NCBI GenBank assembly: GCA_964016885.1
Contig: OZ024755.1
Location: 1,178,001-1,242,000 of the forward strand
Direction of reading: 5' to 3'
Origin: Eledone cirrhosa
Lineage: Eukaryota
DNA: 64,000 bases
The position numbers were made by a program, and so were the translations under genes. The notes below the pieces were generated by a model, which was not told the origin of the DNA, did not search any database, and was given only the letters and a program-made list of their open reading frames with translations. This document shows positions 13,340 through 27,442 of the stretch, one piece after another. How positions within the stretch are numbered: the stretch's first letter is position 1; each line of letters begins with the position of its first letter.

Positions 13340-14040
13340 TCACTCTCTCTCTCTCAAAATATTACCCCTCCGTCAATAAAACATTATACCTTTCTCCCCC
13401 TCTCTACATACCGCTACATGCCTCACTCTCTCACTAGACCAACATTCTCCCTCTCACTATACGACCAAAATCTCTCCCCCTCTCTAAATCCGACTACATA
13501 CCTTACTCTGTCACATACCTTACTCTGTCACTCTGACAAATTCTCTCTCCCTCTCTATATCTCGTTACATGCGTCACTCCCTCTCTCTCTCTCTCACACA
13601 ATTCCCCCTCTCTCACTAGACCAATAAACTCTCTCCCGCTCTCTCTTTACCCCTACATACCTCACTCTCTTTCGCAATTCGCCCTCTCTCACTAGACCAA
13701 CAAATTCTCTGCCCCTCTCTATGTCTAGCTACATACCTCACTCTCTCTCTCGCAATTCCTCCTCTCTCACTATACCAATAAACTCTCTCCCCCTCACTCT
13801 ATACTACTACATACCTCACTCACTCTCGCAATTCCCCCTCTCTCACTGTACCAACAAACTCTCTCCTCCTCCCTCTATACCACTACATACCTCACTCACT
13901 CTCGCAATTCCCCCTCTCTCACTGTACCAATAAACTCTCTCCTCCTCCCTCTATACCACTACATACCTCACTCACTCTCGCAATTCCCCCTCTCTCACTG
14001 TACCAGAACCCCCCCCCCCCCAATCTATACCACTACATGG
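13340..14040. repeat. Degenerate CT-rich tandem repeat (about 65-70 bp unit)
   Basis: Recurrent CTACATACCTCACTC...CGCAATTCCCCCTCTCTCACT units. Confidence 0.8.
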
Positions 14041-14471
14041 TGGACAAGGTTGAAAGGGCTGAGGTCAGACACCTTTCTCTCCGGCCAACAGCTGGTCCTT
14101 TTTTTCAAGTACCACTTTAGAAGAAGGATCAGAATGGAGAGAGAGGTGCTCTACCCCAGCAAGTTTTATGAAAGATGGGTGAAAGTAGCGAGAATGGCCC
14201 GAGTGAATGGGCCTTCTCTCTATATCAGCCTGTAGGTGAGAGAGGAGAAGAATGAGAAGAGGAAGGAAGCACCCGCTCTTTGTGCTCCTGAAGAGGAGGG
14301 TTGCACATTTGTTCGGGGGTGTGTGCGACCCATGTCAACGCCCCCTCCCTATTGAGGACATCGATTGTTAAATTTAATTTGTTATATGTTTTTTTACACG
14401 TCTTTTAAATGTATGTAAACTCCCCCTTTGTATTTGTCCCAATCTTTGATGCCCTGGTGGCAAATAAATAG

Positions 14472-14475
<4 letters not shown>
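14040..14475 (+). mobile_element. 3' end of an L1/Tx1-like LINE
   Basis: FFKYHFRRRIRMEREVL...FYERWV resembles a Tx1-type ORF2 C-terminus, followed by a UTR with AATAAA and an (AT)n tail. Confidence 0.5.
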
Positions 14476-14510
<35 letters not shown>

Positions 14511-14629
14511 CGGGTCCGTTTCCTTTATAATGTAACTATACTCTATTACCCTATGCATCAAGTACTTTGTCTTAGTAATGGTCTAACCAGTTTCAAACTG
14601 AATCCTTCCTCATATATATATATATAAAA

Positions 14630-14793
14630 GGATCGATCGACTTTCGTCAAATCGGCCCGAGGAAACAATGTTTCCGTTGGTATTTCCAGTTGCTAATACT
14701 ATCTATCGGTCGCAACTCCAGGTAGAAGGAGCAACATGAAATAAAGTGTCTTGCTCAAGGACATAACGCATCACCCGGCCCAGAATCAAACTC

Positions 14794-14799
<6 letters not shown>
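14630..14799 (-). mobile_element. tRNA-derived CORE-like SINE, same family as 43932-44148
   Basis: Reverse complement matches the 43.9-kb copy (GAGCAAGACACTTTATTTCA...GGAGTTGCGACCGATAGATAG). Confidence 0.8.
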
Positions 14800-14851
<52 letters not shown>

Positions 14852-15314
14852 GTGTGTGTGTGTGTGAGTGTGTGTGTCCATGTATTTATGTATGTGTGTC
14901 TCGCCTCCATATTTGTATGTTTACGTTTACTGTTTGTTTATCTCCTATAACATAGCAATGCGACAAATACAGATCGATAAAGTGCTAAGCTTGAGAAATA
15001 TGTACTCGCATCGATGTGATGCCTCAGTATGGCCACAGCTTGACTGAAAACAATAAAAGACTATACACCATCTAAAGATGGATTAGAGGTCTTTCTAGCA
15101 GACATAGGAGCCAGTCTATAGAGACTTCTAGTTATGGAACTTACGATAATTCTTTCTGATCGATATTGATCTAGTCACGTTTTCAACATCGTTAGCAGTT
15201 TTTATAAAATATCAGACACAATGGAACATTATGGAAAGATTCTAATTCAGTCGTGTTTAAGTTGTGGCATATATACATACACACACATACACATATATAT
15301 ATATGAATACTCAG

Positions 15315-15354
<40 letters not shown>

Positions 15355-15499
15355 GAAACTCCAGAGTATCAAGACTCACTATTTAACCATAGTAAATGAA
15401 TAATTAAACTCTACTCCGGTATTGAGTACTCTTTTCTCTCGTCCGTCAACATCATACGCATATATATAAAGACATGTTTTCCAATTCCAACCCACCTGT

Positions 15500-15650
15500 C
15501 CCCTCAATATATCTTATTTCTCATTCTTTCTTCTGATGAAGGACTAACGTTCAAAACGTTAAAACCCTCTTCCTGCTATATCAAGCGTTAACCTAATATA
15601 TACCTTCCATATACTGTACCGATTGTGTTGTTATACCTGTTTACCTTTTA
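15500..15650 (+). mobile_element. Penelope pLTR-like element with a degenerate hammerhead core; same family as about 38880-39050
   Basis: CTGATGAAGGACTAACGTTCAAAACGTTAA followed by TTCCTGCTATATCAAG...CTAATAT, matching the 38.9-kb copy. GAAA is mutated to AAAA. Confidence 0.6.
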
Positions 15651-15659
15651 CACACACAC

Positions 15660-16030
<371 letters not shown>

Positions 16031-16145
16031 GACGGTGACTCACATATTACACTATAAACCTAAAATTAATTGAAATATAAATAATGAGCGGTATCTGGGT
16101 GGTGGGAGAGTGACCATCTGACTGATAAAATGACAAGTGAGTCAA

Positions 16146-16455
16146 TCATATTGGTGGCCTCCCCACAGCCCCGGCGGACAGAATGGAGAAGGCGTTTCCC
16201 TGGGGGACGGCAAGGGAGACGCGCTGGAAAAGCCATTCCAACTCGCGGGGCTCATACCTGCGGGTGACCAGCTCAGTGCCTATGGTGGTGAGTAGGGAGG
16301 TAGCCCTAGGGCCGAGGACACCAGAGGTCTCCTCTGCCAAGGGTACAACCGCAAACCTGTCGGAGAGCGACCGGTATTTGAAGAGTTTGGCCCCCTCAGC
16401 CCGACGCGCAGCAGAACCTGGGTTAGTGGCAGACTGCACCAGGTTGCGGCTGGAA
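16146..16455 (-). mobile_element. C-terminal restriction-like endonuclease fragment of a CRE-type non-LTR retrotransposon
   Basis: AE..KL.KY...F.VVPLAEETSGVLG...WLFQRVSLAVPQGNA.SIL matches the CRE-clade consensus F.P.A.ET.G..G...L.QR.S.A.QRGNA. Locally GC-rich. Confidence 0.7.
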
Positions 16456-16730
16456 CACTTATTGTATGTTTACTTCATCAACAGACAACCAATTACTGTG
16501 AGGACCAAACCTCCTACACTTCCAGGAGTTATTGATTCTCTGGTTAAAACAGTCAATTTTATGGTACTTTTTTTATCAACCTTGAATTGATGAAAGGTAA
16601 AGTTGACCTCAATGAGATTTGAACTCAAAGAGCCGAACGAATACCATAAAGCATTCTAGTGTTGATATTTTTGGTCTACTGTGTATTGTTATTTTTTGTG
16701 TCTACCGACCCCTACCAATACTTCCAATCC

Positions 16731-17152
16731 AAGGGCGGTGGATTGGCTGTATCGGTAGAGAGTCGGACGCCATGCTTTGTAGCATAGAGTTACGTCCCTT
16801 TATGATCTGTGTTCAAATCCCGCCGAGGTTAACTTTGCCTTTCATCCTTACGAGGTCGATAAAATAAAGTACCAGTAATACACTGAGATAATTGCTGGCT
16901 TTGTGCCAAAAGTAGAAACAATTATTATTTTTTGTGGGAGAGGGTGGTGAATTGACAGTATCGGTACAGCGTTGGACAAATGTGGCACAGAGTGTTCCCC
17001 TTTACGCTCTGCCTTCAAATCTTGCCGAGGTAAGCTTTGCCTTTCATCCTTACGGGATCGATAAAATAAAATAAAATACAAGTAATACAATTTAATCCAC
17101 TTTCCCCTCCCCACCAAATTATTGACCCTTGTGCCTAAATCAGAAACCATTA
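16731..17152 (+). mobile_element. Two tandem tRNA-derived SINEs (CTTTGCCTTTCATCCTTACGGGGTCGATAAAA family)
   Basis: B-box GTTCAAATCC plus a conserved central motif; many copies in the window. Confidence 0.85.
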
Positions 17153-18507
17153 TCTTTGTGGGGAGGAGCCTCAAAAACAGCTCCGAGTGACACAAACATC
17201 TGCTGTGTCATTACTAAACAGCTGAGCCTCAACTTGCAGATATAGCAGCACTAGAATCAATAATTCCAATTTTTACAACTTATTCCTGCGAAATTCTATT
17301 TTCTGCTGTGCTGCAAATATAAAAATAAAACTAGATACAAAATGGATTCAAGCTTCGTTCGTGAGATTTTGGTAGAAATACTAAAGGAAACGTCGAGAAA
17401 CTAGTGAAACAATAAAGTGATTGGTGATAAGAAGGACAGCTGTAGAAAGCTTGCCAAAACAAAGGGTTGGGAGGACCCTCAGTTGTGTCAAAGACATGAC
17501 TACCTCTTCTGAGCACTCGGTAGAACGTGAGGCCGGACATAAATGAGATACAATTTCCTGACCTGTCTGGGTGGTCAATAACCCCGCTCCCTACTGACTT
17601 GGTCTATACAGACCCGTCCAACCCTTACTAGCAAGGAAAGCGGACGCTAAATGATGATCATAAGGATTGTATACTACCCCCTACAGAAGATTGGAGGAGG
17701 GATCCTGGCTAATACATCTTGTCATCAAAGGTTAGGAAACTGGGCCCTAAAGATTGGTAACATATATTTGGTAATGAATCCCTTAAAAATGCAACAAAAA
17801 TACCAGATAGTCGTGGCTGAAAGTCCTTTGAATCATGGGTCTTATTGATCGGGGTTGACTTTGAGCCAAGAACAAGCATGGAGACATGATGGAGGCATTC
17901 GAAGAAGCTAAATCATAAATGATAAAGATCCCATTATCTGTATAATAATCTCCGGGTCTCCCGAAATAACTTGATTCAAAAAGAATTTCAAATTGCAGAA
18001 AGTTATTGGTTATGTTCTCAATGACATGAAAAAGAAAGTCTCTCTAGATTTATGTGGTTTATATGATCTACTGAGCATGATTTAACGACATTATACACTT
18101 TTAACCTTTAACCTAACGACGGTCACTGAATGAGATAGAAGTGAAACAAGTGATCCCTGCTAGAACGCACGTCGTGTCTTATCGTAGATAAACAGAGTTA
18201 TAGTCAAGGGGGAATACACAGCAGCTGTTGTGTTTATTTTTGTTGCTGTTATTTATGGCTGCGATGCCAATGTCGGAAGCAGATACGTCAACGAACCCCA
18301 TGGGATTATAAACAAGATTTCTATTGCGTGTATTACCAACAACAACAAGCAACGACAACATTAATAAAGAAATAAATAAACAAGTTATCTAGTTATGAAA
18401 TATTTTAATTCAATAAATCTGAAAGACGAAGGGAGCTGGACTAAACGATAAAGGGTCCAGTTTCTATTTCTTTAGACCCGCAAAAGTTCCTCACTCGTTC
18501 CTACACT

Positions 18508-18839
18508 AGGTGGATTAGTAGTATCGGTAGAGGGTCAGACGCCATGATAGGGCGGTGGATGTCAGTATAGGTAGAGGGTCAGACGCCATGATAGGGCGGT
18601 GGATGTCAGTATAGGTAGAGGGTCGGACGCCATGATAGGGCGGTGGATGTCAGTATAGGTAGAGGGTCGGACGCCATGCTTTCCAGCATAGTTATGTCCC
18701 TTTACGGTCTGAGTTCAAATCCCGCCGAGGTTAACTTTGCCTTTCATCCTTACGGGGTCGATAAAATAAAGTACCAGTAATACACTGGGATAATTGCTGG
18801 CCTTGTGCCTAAAGTAGAAACAATTATTATTATTATTAT

Positions 18840-18881
<42 letters not shown>

Positions 18882-19080
18882 GGTGGTGGATTGGCAGTAA
18901 TTGGTAGAGCATCGGACATGTTGTGCAGCATAGAGTTACGACCCTTTATGGTCTGAGTTCAAATCACGCCGAGGTTTGCTTTGCCTTTCATCCTTACAGG
19001 GTCGATAAAATAAAGTACCAGTAACGTACTGGGATCGATTTAATCTCAGAATTGCTGGCCTTGTGCCTATAGTAGAAACC
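18508..19080 (+). mobile_element. Two SINE copies of the same family; the first has a 44-bp head repeated four times
   Basis: GCCATG recurs at 18541, 18585, 18629 and 18673; SINE body follows; second copy starts at 18881. Confidence 0.85.
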
Positions 19081-19245
19081 AGTAGTAGTAGTAGTAGTAG
19101 TAGTAATTGCAGATCCTATTAACCAAGCAATGAGATATTTTTATCCATCAAAAGTCTAGTTGATACTTAAGTTCTGTCGTGTTCACCTATTTATAGCTTA
19201 TTTATATTCCAATTGTATATTTATATATATATATACAAATACATG

Positions 19246-19344
<99 letters not shown>

Positions 19345-19639
19345 CTGCGAGTGCGATGCATACGGATACACAGCGTTCGCTTTACTATATAGATAGATAG
19401 ATAAATAGATATTTATTTATTTATTTTAGTTAGCGTATGTTCTAGAACGGTAAATAGGATAGCTTATGATAAGAAGGAACCAATAATGACCAAGCTGTTT
19501 TATTGACTTCATGTGAAATTGAAAAAATCTTGACGTCAATGTTTCTCCCCTGAGGAGTTATTGCGATATAAAATACGCAAAAAAAATAAAGAATCCCGCG
19601 CAATATCCGTCTACAAAATTCCACTTTCGAGGAATTGGT

Positions 19640-19712
19640 CAACCCACGCACTAGGGTCAACCCACGCACCAGGGTCAACCCACGCACTAGGGTCAACCCA
19701 CGCACTAGGGTC
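19640..19712. repeat. 18-bp tandem repeat, 4 copies (AACCCACGCACTAGGGTC)
   Basis: Direct reading. Confidence 0.9.
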
Positions 19713-20155
19713 GAACTCAGAACCCATGGTTGCAGCAAAGTAAACTTCTTAACCATACAGACATGACTGAGTTACATTCATCCAATCTAATCAAATCCAG
19801 GGACTTCTCCCTCCTGTTGAAGGAAACACTACCTGGTTGACCTCCAGCGATTTCTGTTTGGTTTTGACCATGTCAGGGTGTAACCATACTCACCATGCTT
19901 GGTCAATTGTGGGTGAGTGAAGCTATTAAACCTATAGTTAGGGTGGGTGGCTGTTGATTCTGAAGAGTTCAGCCACCCCTTTTAACAGCTCTTTTTTTTG
20001 GGGGGGGGGGGGTCCCACCTACCCTCCCTCGCCAGACCAGAGTCCGGTGGCGAGCTGGTTTAGTCACTGACCACTCAACTATGAAGCAGGTTGTACTGGA
20101 TTACATGGTACAGAGAGAGAGAGACAGAGAGAGAGGGAGATAGATAGAGATAGAT

Positions 20156-20226
<71 letters not shown>

Positions 20227-20234
20227 CATATATG

Positions 20235-20356
<122 letters not shown>

Positions 20357-21012
20357 GTGTGTGTAAAAAAAGGTCATGGGTGGGAAATAAATTAATTCAA
20401 TTCCGGTTTTGTAATGTTTAAAGTTTTTCCTCCAATCAGTTCTTCCTAGAAAACATTGTTTATGAACTGCCTACATGGGATGTGTGTGTGTGTGTTTGTA
20501 TAGGTATGTGTGTGTGTTTGTATATGTGAGTGAGTGTGCGTATACGTGTGAGTGTGAGTGTGTATGTATGTGTATATGTATATATTCACACAAGTGTTAA
20601 TGCTGTTTAGTCCCAGGTCCACAGTGACCGAGTTACATAAATGGGTCTCCGTCAGTTTCAACGTTGAGTATTTAAGTTGTTTAATCATCTGAGACGCCAA
20701 ATTTAATTTAATTCTAACTGGTTCAGTATTCGACACACGTTATTCTCAGAATCAACGTCACATTGAATTACAAATAGAGTTTGTAGAGTCATTATTCGGG
20801 GCCTCATACAGCAGATGATGTTTTGGTCTTTCACCATTTTTGTATTTTTGACATTCAGGCTTGTTAATTGTCGGCCATCTTGGATATATATATATGTAGG
20901 AGGTGAGTTTTATTGTAGCACAATAAAGCAATGGAAATATCGGATAAGTAGCACTTGAAATGCGCATAATAAAATACTTGGAACTCTTTTAACCATCTTT
21001 TGATCTTATATC

Positions 21013-21359
<347 letters not shown>

Positions 21360-21590
21360 AAAGTTCTATTTAAATTGTTGGGATACAACAAGCAAATATT
21401 TTTATAACTGATATAAAGCTTCCAACAGTAATGGTTGCATTTTTTAAGGGTATGTCAATATTTATTTATAAAACTGATCTATATTGTATTTTGTCTGATG
21501 AAAGCACACCATAATTTAACGTGGTGTCCTTGAAATATGTATAATAAAATAAATATGGTTTTATAAATATAGTTTCCATTTGTTAATATC

Positions 21591-21660
<70 letters not shown>

Positions 21661-21796
21661 ATTAGCACCAAACTCTCACTCCTCTATATCTACCATACAA
21701 CACTCTCTCTCATTCCCTCTTACTCTGTCCATCACTACCAAACTATTCCTCACTCTATATCTATCAATACCTATCTCTAGGTGTGTGTGTGTGTGT

Positions 21797-21906
<110 letters not shown>

Positions 21907-24036
21907 AAGGAGTAGCCAATACCGAAAGAGAGTTTTAATATTTAATAATATTAAGGTTAAAAAGTTTTTGTCAGATGATCCTGTAATAAGTTAACAAGAC
22001 TCACTAAAAAATGTGGCCCCCAGAGTGTGTTTCGCCCTTAAATATAACTTATTTAACTTATAGGTAAATCCAGTACTGGCTACACTAAGGCCCCCGAGGG
22101 TGTGTGGTCCTAAGCTATAACATCTGCTCTTCCCCGTTCTTCAATATATTTCAGAATTTGCTATTTTCTTTAATTAGATTTAAAGCAGGTCACTTCAGCT
22201 AAACTTTTATTATTTTAATTCTGGATAAATTCAATGGTTTATTACGTGACTGTCTGCGAATTAGCGTTAGTTCACAGTTATTGCGACGTATCCTCGGGTC
22301 ATATGCCTCAGCAAGCAGACCTATAGCAGCCGACATTATATATCTGATAACCAGATCTGTATCTATTTATCTCTTTCTCTCTCTCTTCTCGTTCTCTTTC
22401 TTTCTCTCTCCCTCTCGTTCCTTTTGTCTCTCTTTCGCTCTCATTCTTTATTCCCCCCCCCCTCTCTCTGTCATAGTTACAGTCTATAGAGTTAGAGGAG
22501 TTACTCAGTTGTATCTGGAGACTGACAGGCAGATGCAAATCTTAACAGATGTTATCGTCTGTTTACTCTCCATTTGTCCTTTTATTTCTATCATTAAACT
22601 GTTTCTTTCACTATTTTTCTATATCGAAAGTTTATCATTCGATCAACATTCGAACAACACTCCAGTCCTGGTCATCATCTGTTTTCTCTGGTTTATTATC
22701 CGGGCCCGTTGTCGAAGATGGGGCAGAGGAGGGGGAGTCACTGAACCCCTCCCCACCTTACTTTTTAATGGTGCCCCTTCAGAATTGAAAAATAATATTT
22801 ATAAAAATTGTTTTGAAATATATTCTTTGCGAAAGAGTACTCCTCCCCACCCCGAATGTTCTACAACTCTAACGAGTACCAATATTATCTGGCGGCAAGA
22901 CCAGGGCCATATTTAGATCTTGTGGGGTCCGAGTTCAGGTTTTTTTTTTGGGGGGGGGGGGGCATTCCTAGAGGGTGCCCTGTTTAACAAGGGTTATTCC
23001 AGGGCATTTGTCCCCTCCACCCACCCCCTCCGATGGATCCGGCTTTTATCTGGTAGATTTATCAATTTTAGATATTTAGCTGTTGTTTCTAGAAGATCGA
23101 CCATTTTTGTGTGAGAGGCCTGACACGGCCACGTAATCTCTGGAAGTCTTTAGTAGACTTCACTCTGTTTAGCATTTCGACAAGCCCCTCCCCCGCTTCT
23201 TGTTACGTCGACTTTACCCTACAGATGTTCAAATTAAGCAGAATTAGGGTCACTTCCTCTACCCCCTACTCTGACTCACTTAACCCTTTCTATACCATAT
23301 TTATATGGAACTGGTCTGTTGGCGTCTTGCTTTAACGAGGTAATGCCCGTGAGGGTGTTTGGTTATTCTAGCACCTTAGCTCTGCAATGTAGCGAGTCTG
23401 TTGGCCTTAATAAGAAACCATTTATAAAAACAAGTTTATATAAAAAGCATAAATAAACGTTGGGAATTATCTCCCTTGAACGACTTGCTCAATATATAAA
23501 TATATACACGTTTCTTAGTCTTGTCATTTGTTAAGTAAAATATAAAAAAAAAGTGGTCTTCATTTTAGGTATACATGACTTTAACAATGACTTTGGCAAT
23601 TACCACGCTGGAAGTCGTTTAATGTTTTCTATTCCAGTCAGTCGCTAAACAGGTTTGAATGTATTGTTCGGCAATCTCTGTGGTGTATAGTGGAAATAAA
23701 CAACTTCTGGCCTTCTATCTACCCCAAATCATTATGTTATGTTGATATAAGATGAATAATCGTTAAACAGTTGGGTTTTTTTTTCAATTCTTTATTATTG
23801 AATAAAATTTAATTAAAACGCCTCACATGATTATAGCTGACGGCTTAATGACAAATATTTCAACGGAGATTTTTTCCTCTTACACCGACTTGTTTACAAC
23901 TTAGCTACTTCCTGTCTCAACACATATTAATGGTGGAAAAGATTTCAAATTGTCTTGATTCGGGCCGCAATTCTCTTACCGGCTATATAGCCTCTTCCAT
24001 AATATATAATATATATATATATTTCAATAGATAATT

Positions 24037-24615
24037 ATGGCCGAACGGCCCCAATTCGACGTTGATATAGAAGATAATTTAAGTGATAACAGTAATGATA
24101 ATTCATATGATGATTCTGGACTCTCGGTTAAAATTCAATTGAAACGAATGAAGATAATATTAACCCTTGTTTTACACGGTACCGATTATTATAGTAACTT
24201 TATTTCAAATATAGACGATGAAGATATATTAGCAGACGAGAAATTACGGTGGTTGGAAGATATTAAAGGTGAACTTGTTAGACGTAATAATTTGACACAT
24301 GATAAAAATACACGTGGAGTCCCACAGAAACTTGAGTTTCTCTTACGTGAATGTCTGCTGATGCATCGATGGCAGGAATTAGCAGAGATTCTTAGTATAT
24401 CTCACCAGGAGGTATCTTGTGATTTGAAACGTTCGACGTGGAAAATTGGTTTAGAACTCTTGTATTCTAATTTGTTTAAGAACGAGTCTAATCTTATGGA
24501 GCGAATGGTGAAGTTGTTTAGTTCGTTCCCTCAATCTGATGTATCACCTGTCGAAATACAACTTGACCGTCTGTTGTACCAGTTACATTGCAATAATATC
24601 GATGAAGCTATTCAG
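24037..24615 (+). CDS. TAF1A: TATA-box binding protein-associated factor RNA polymerase I subunit A, exon 1
   Basis: Non-repetitive ORF with LRECLLMHRWQELAEIL and WKIGLELLY; CAG|GTAAAT donor at 24615, phase 0. Confidence 0.8.
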
Positions 24616-25080
24616 GTAAATGTTACAGTTGATTAACCTTTGGGTTTTAATTCTGTTTTATTCTTCTGACCCTTCTTCCTCGTTTTTACTGATGTTAATT
24701 TGTTTTGTTATCTGACTTTAATAAATTTTTTTTAAATGCTCCCTAGTCCCAGTGGCGCCCATTGGTACATGTCATGCTTGACATACCTTAGCTATGCCTC
24801 TGTGCAGGTGAGGTGGCATATTATAACATCATCTACAGGTTGATCAGGTTTCACACACTTGTAAATTTGTTCCATTCCTTGCTAACTTGAAGAAAATCAA
24901 TATTGTTTCATGGATTTAAGGGAGTGGGTTATATTATAAATCAATCAATTATTAAACCATTTATCTGTTAAGTTATTGCAGGTGTTGACAATAGGAGGGC
25001 TGTGAGCCATTGAGGTTCTCTCTGATAGCCTCAGACCTTTTCAAATTTCTGTGTGAAAGATATGATATAATATACTTGGA

Positions 25081-25460
25081 CAGGCGTGTGGCTTTGTGGT
25101 AAGGGTGTTGGACTTACGATCATAATGTTGTGGGTTTGATTCCTGGATTGGGTTGTGTGTTGTGTTCTTGAGCAAAACGCTTCATTTTACATTGCTCCAG
25201 TATACTCAGCTGCAAACGAGTACTGGAGGGGTTTAACTCTGTGATAGACTGGCATCCTGTCCAGAGAGAAGTCTTATAATCTCAGTCACTTCATGCTGGG
25301 GAAACTGAGATAAGCACCAGCCAGATGAGCCTCTGCACTTGAGACAGACTTTAACCCTGTCCATGGGGAAGTTATGTACTCTCAGTCGCTTCACGCCAAG
25401 GAAACTGGGATAAACACTGGCCTGATGAGCCCCTGGGATCGAAACAGACTTTAGACTTTA
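25081..25460 (+). mobile_element. tRNA-derived SINE with a tandemly duplicated tail, in the TAF1A intron
   Basis: A/B boxes, CTTGAGCAAAACGCTT core, and two copies of the CTTCAYGC...GAAACTG.GATAA...CAGACTTTA tail. Confidence 0.75.
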
Positions 25461-25625
25461 GACATGACTCAAAACTAAAAGAAATCTACAAAGGTTGCTG
25501 ATCCTTGAGTTAAAATATTTGAACCTGGAAATAAGCTGAGCTCTTGACTACCGGCAGTTACTGAACAGGATTTCACTTCTCTAAATTCTAATGCCTTAAA
25601 TCACTATTTTTCTATTTTATTAATT

Positions 25626-25833
25626 ATGGATTGGCAGAATCGGTAGAGCGTCGGACATGCTTTGCAGCATAGAGTTACAGCCCTTTATGTTCTGAGTTCA
25701 AATCCCACAAAGGTTAGCTTTGACTTTCATCCTTACTGGGCAGATAAAATAAAGCACCAGTAATGCACTGGGTTTCGATTTAATCCACTTTCCCTTTCCA
25801 TATTGACCTTGTGTCTAAATCAGAAACCATTAT
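25626..25833 (+). mobile_element. SINE, same family as 16731; further copies at about 26845-26990, 52200-52345 and 55982-56115
   Basis: GAGTTCAAATCCC...CTTTCATCCTTAC...GATAAAATAAAG.ACCAGT. Confidence 0.8.
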
Positions 25834-25868
25834 TAACAATTGATTGATCTTTCGTATATCTTTTACAG

Positions 25869-26741
25869 GAATTACAATCTGTAAAAGTTTCTTTAAGAGA
25901 ACTTGCTTGTGAGAGTGAAGAGACCAGTAGTGATCTGTACAAAAAAGCACTTTATATTGCTTATCAAGGTCTTATGTGGTATCTTAAATGGTTTAATACC
26001 AAAGAGTCTAAGATGAAGACTGATTCTGCAGATATTGAAACTGAAACAGTTAACTTTGCTCTTGAAACTCATATTAAAAAAATGCAAGATTGTTTTTCAT
26101 CAGATGAAGTGAAAGAAAATATAATGGTTAGAGATATTTTTATAAAGGCTGAAAGGCAAGCTCTTGAAATGAATGGAAACTTAGAAGCTGTTGAAGATTT
26201 ACTCAATGGTTATTGTTCCTCTAATCCTGAAAATCCCAACTCTCACAAATTTTATTATGAATTCCTTTGCCAAACAAATGCATCTGAGGAGAGAAAGATA
26301 GAAGTGTTAAGAAATTTTGTGAGCTATGTTCCATCTGATCCACTGGTGTTAACATTGTGTGATATGGTTTCTAATAATTCTTCTGAAGTCTTGAAATATT
26401 TGTTTGATTTACTGGACTATAGCTGTTGGAAGACTGTTGTTGATCCTTGGTCAAGGTTGGCCAAATTTTTGGAAACACTTCTACAAGCATTAAATACTGA
26501 AGACTTTAGTTCGGTGGTGAAATCTGTGTGGTCTGATCGAAAGGATTGGTGGCCAAGATATCACTTTACATGTCTCTCTATAACAAGAGAAGAGGAAATT
26601 GTTTTATATAAAGCTTTAGTTGCCATCTTCCTGCAAGATAGACAGCTCTTTAAATACATTAATAAAGTTAAATGTTCGGTTGGACAACAGAAACAAATAA
26701 AAATTTCAGAAGCTGAAAATATCATTTCCAATAAAATATAA
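25869..26741 (+). CDS. TAF1A: TAF1A exon 2 to stop; spliced protein about 483 aa
   Basis: TTTTACAG acceptor, in frame with the ORF at 25974. Motifs AYQGLMWY, NPNSHKFYYEFL, VPSDPLVL, LFDLLDY and VWSDRKDWWPRYHF resemble TAF1A (for example WNSRKNWWPGFHF). Confidence 0.85.
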   Translation, partial: ELQSVKVSLRELACESEETSSDLYKKALYIAYQGLMWYLKWFNTKESKMKTDSADIETETVNFALETHIKKMQDCFSSDEVKENIMVRDIFIKAERQALEMNGNLEAVEDLLNGYCSSNPENPNSHKFYYEFLCQTNASEERKIEVLRNFVSYVPSDPLVLTLCDMVSNNSSEVLKYLFDLLDYSCWKTVVDPWSRLAKFLETLLQALNTEDFSSVVKSVWSDRKDWWPRYHFTCLSITREEEIVLYKALVAIFLQDRQLFKYINKVKCSVGQQKQIKISEAENIISNKI

Positions 26742-27094
26742 CTTTAAATTCTTGTTCTTTGTTTATTTTGTAATATATCTCCTTTGGCAAATTATGATTG
26801 TTGCTGTTGTGAAATGAGTTTTGGTTTAGAGTTCTCTGTCAAAAGAATTGTTAGAATGTCGAATAGAATTCTTTCTAGTATTCATTCCAGCTCTTTGATC
26901 TCTGGTTTCAAATCCTGCTGAGCTCAACTTTGCCTTTCATTCATTTAAGATTGATAAAAAAAAAGTACCAGTCAAGTACTGGGGTCAATTCTTCCTCTAT
27001 ATCTCTTTGTCTCTTCCTCATTCTCATTCTCTACTCTTCTCTGGAAGAAATCTGCTATATTCAGATCTGGAGAAGAGATGGGTTCCACCAGGTT

Positions 27095-27295
27095 TTAACC
27101 TTTTAACATTTACATTACTATATTTACTATTGTATTTTCATGTTAAACACTTTACCCCACATAATATCGAATCTATGAGATTTTGATATTTATTTTTAGA
27201 ACAATACCTTAACATAAGTATGAGCGGCCAGTTTGAACAGAAAGAGGTGAGAGAATTTTGGCCGGATACAGCCGGTTTAAATGCTAAAGGGTTAA
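27095..27295. mobile_element. TTAA-flanked piggyBac-like MITE; copies at 60153-60335 (complete, inverted) and 42456-42645 (partial)
   Basis: TTAA-CCTTTTAACATTT...AAATGCTAAAGGG-TTAA terminal inverted repeats; internal sequence shared between copies. Confidence 0.8.
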
Positions 27296-27387
27296 TAAAA
27301 TGCCTTAGAAATGCCATATGCTACTATGGCGCCCCTACAACTCTACCAGAAGTTACGGGACCATACCATACTGTCTGTCAAAATATT

Positions 27388-27442
<55 letters not shown>

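Noticed and set aside
22281-22916. 211-aa ORF upstream of TAF1A
   Set aside because: Low-complexity CT tract, non-ATG start and no homology recognised.
25421-25452. CTGATGAG...GAAAC hammerhead-like string
   Set aside because: Part of a SINE tail; the duplicate tail at 25321 lacks the boxes and stems I/III do not form.
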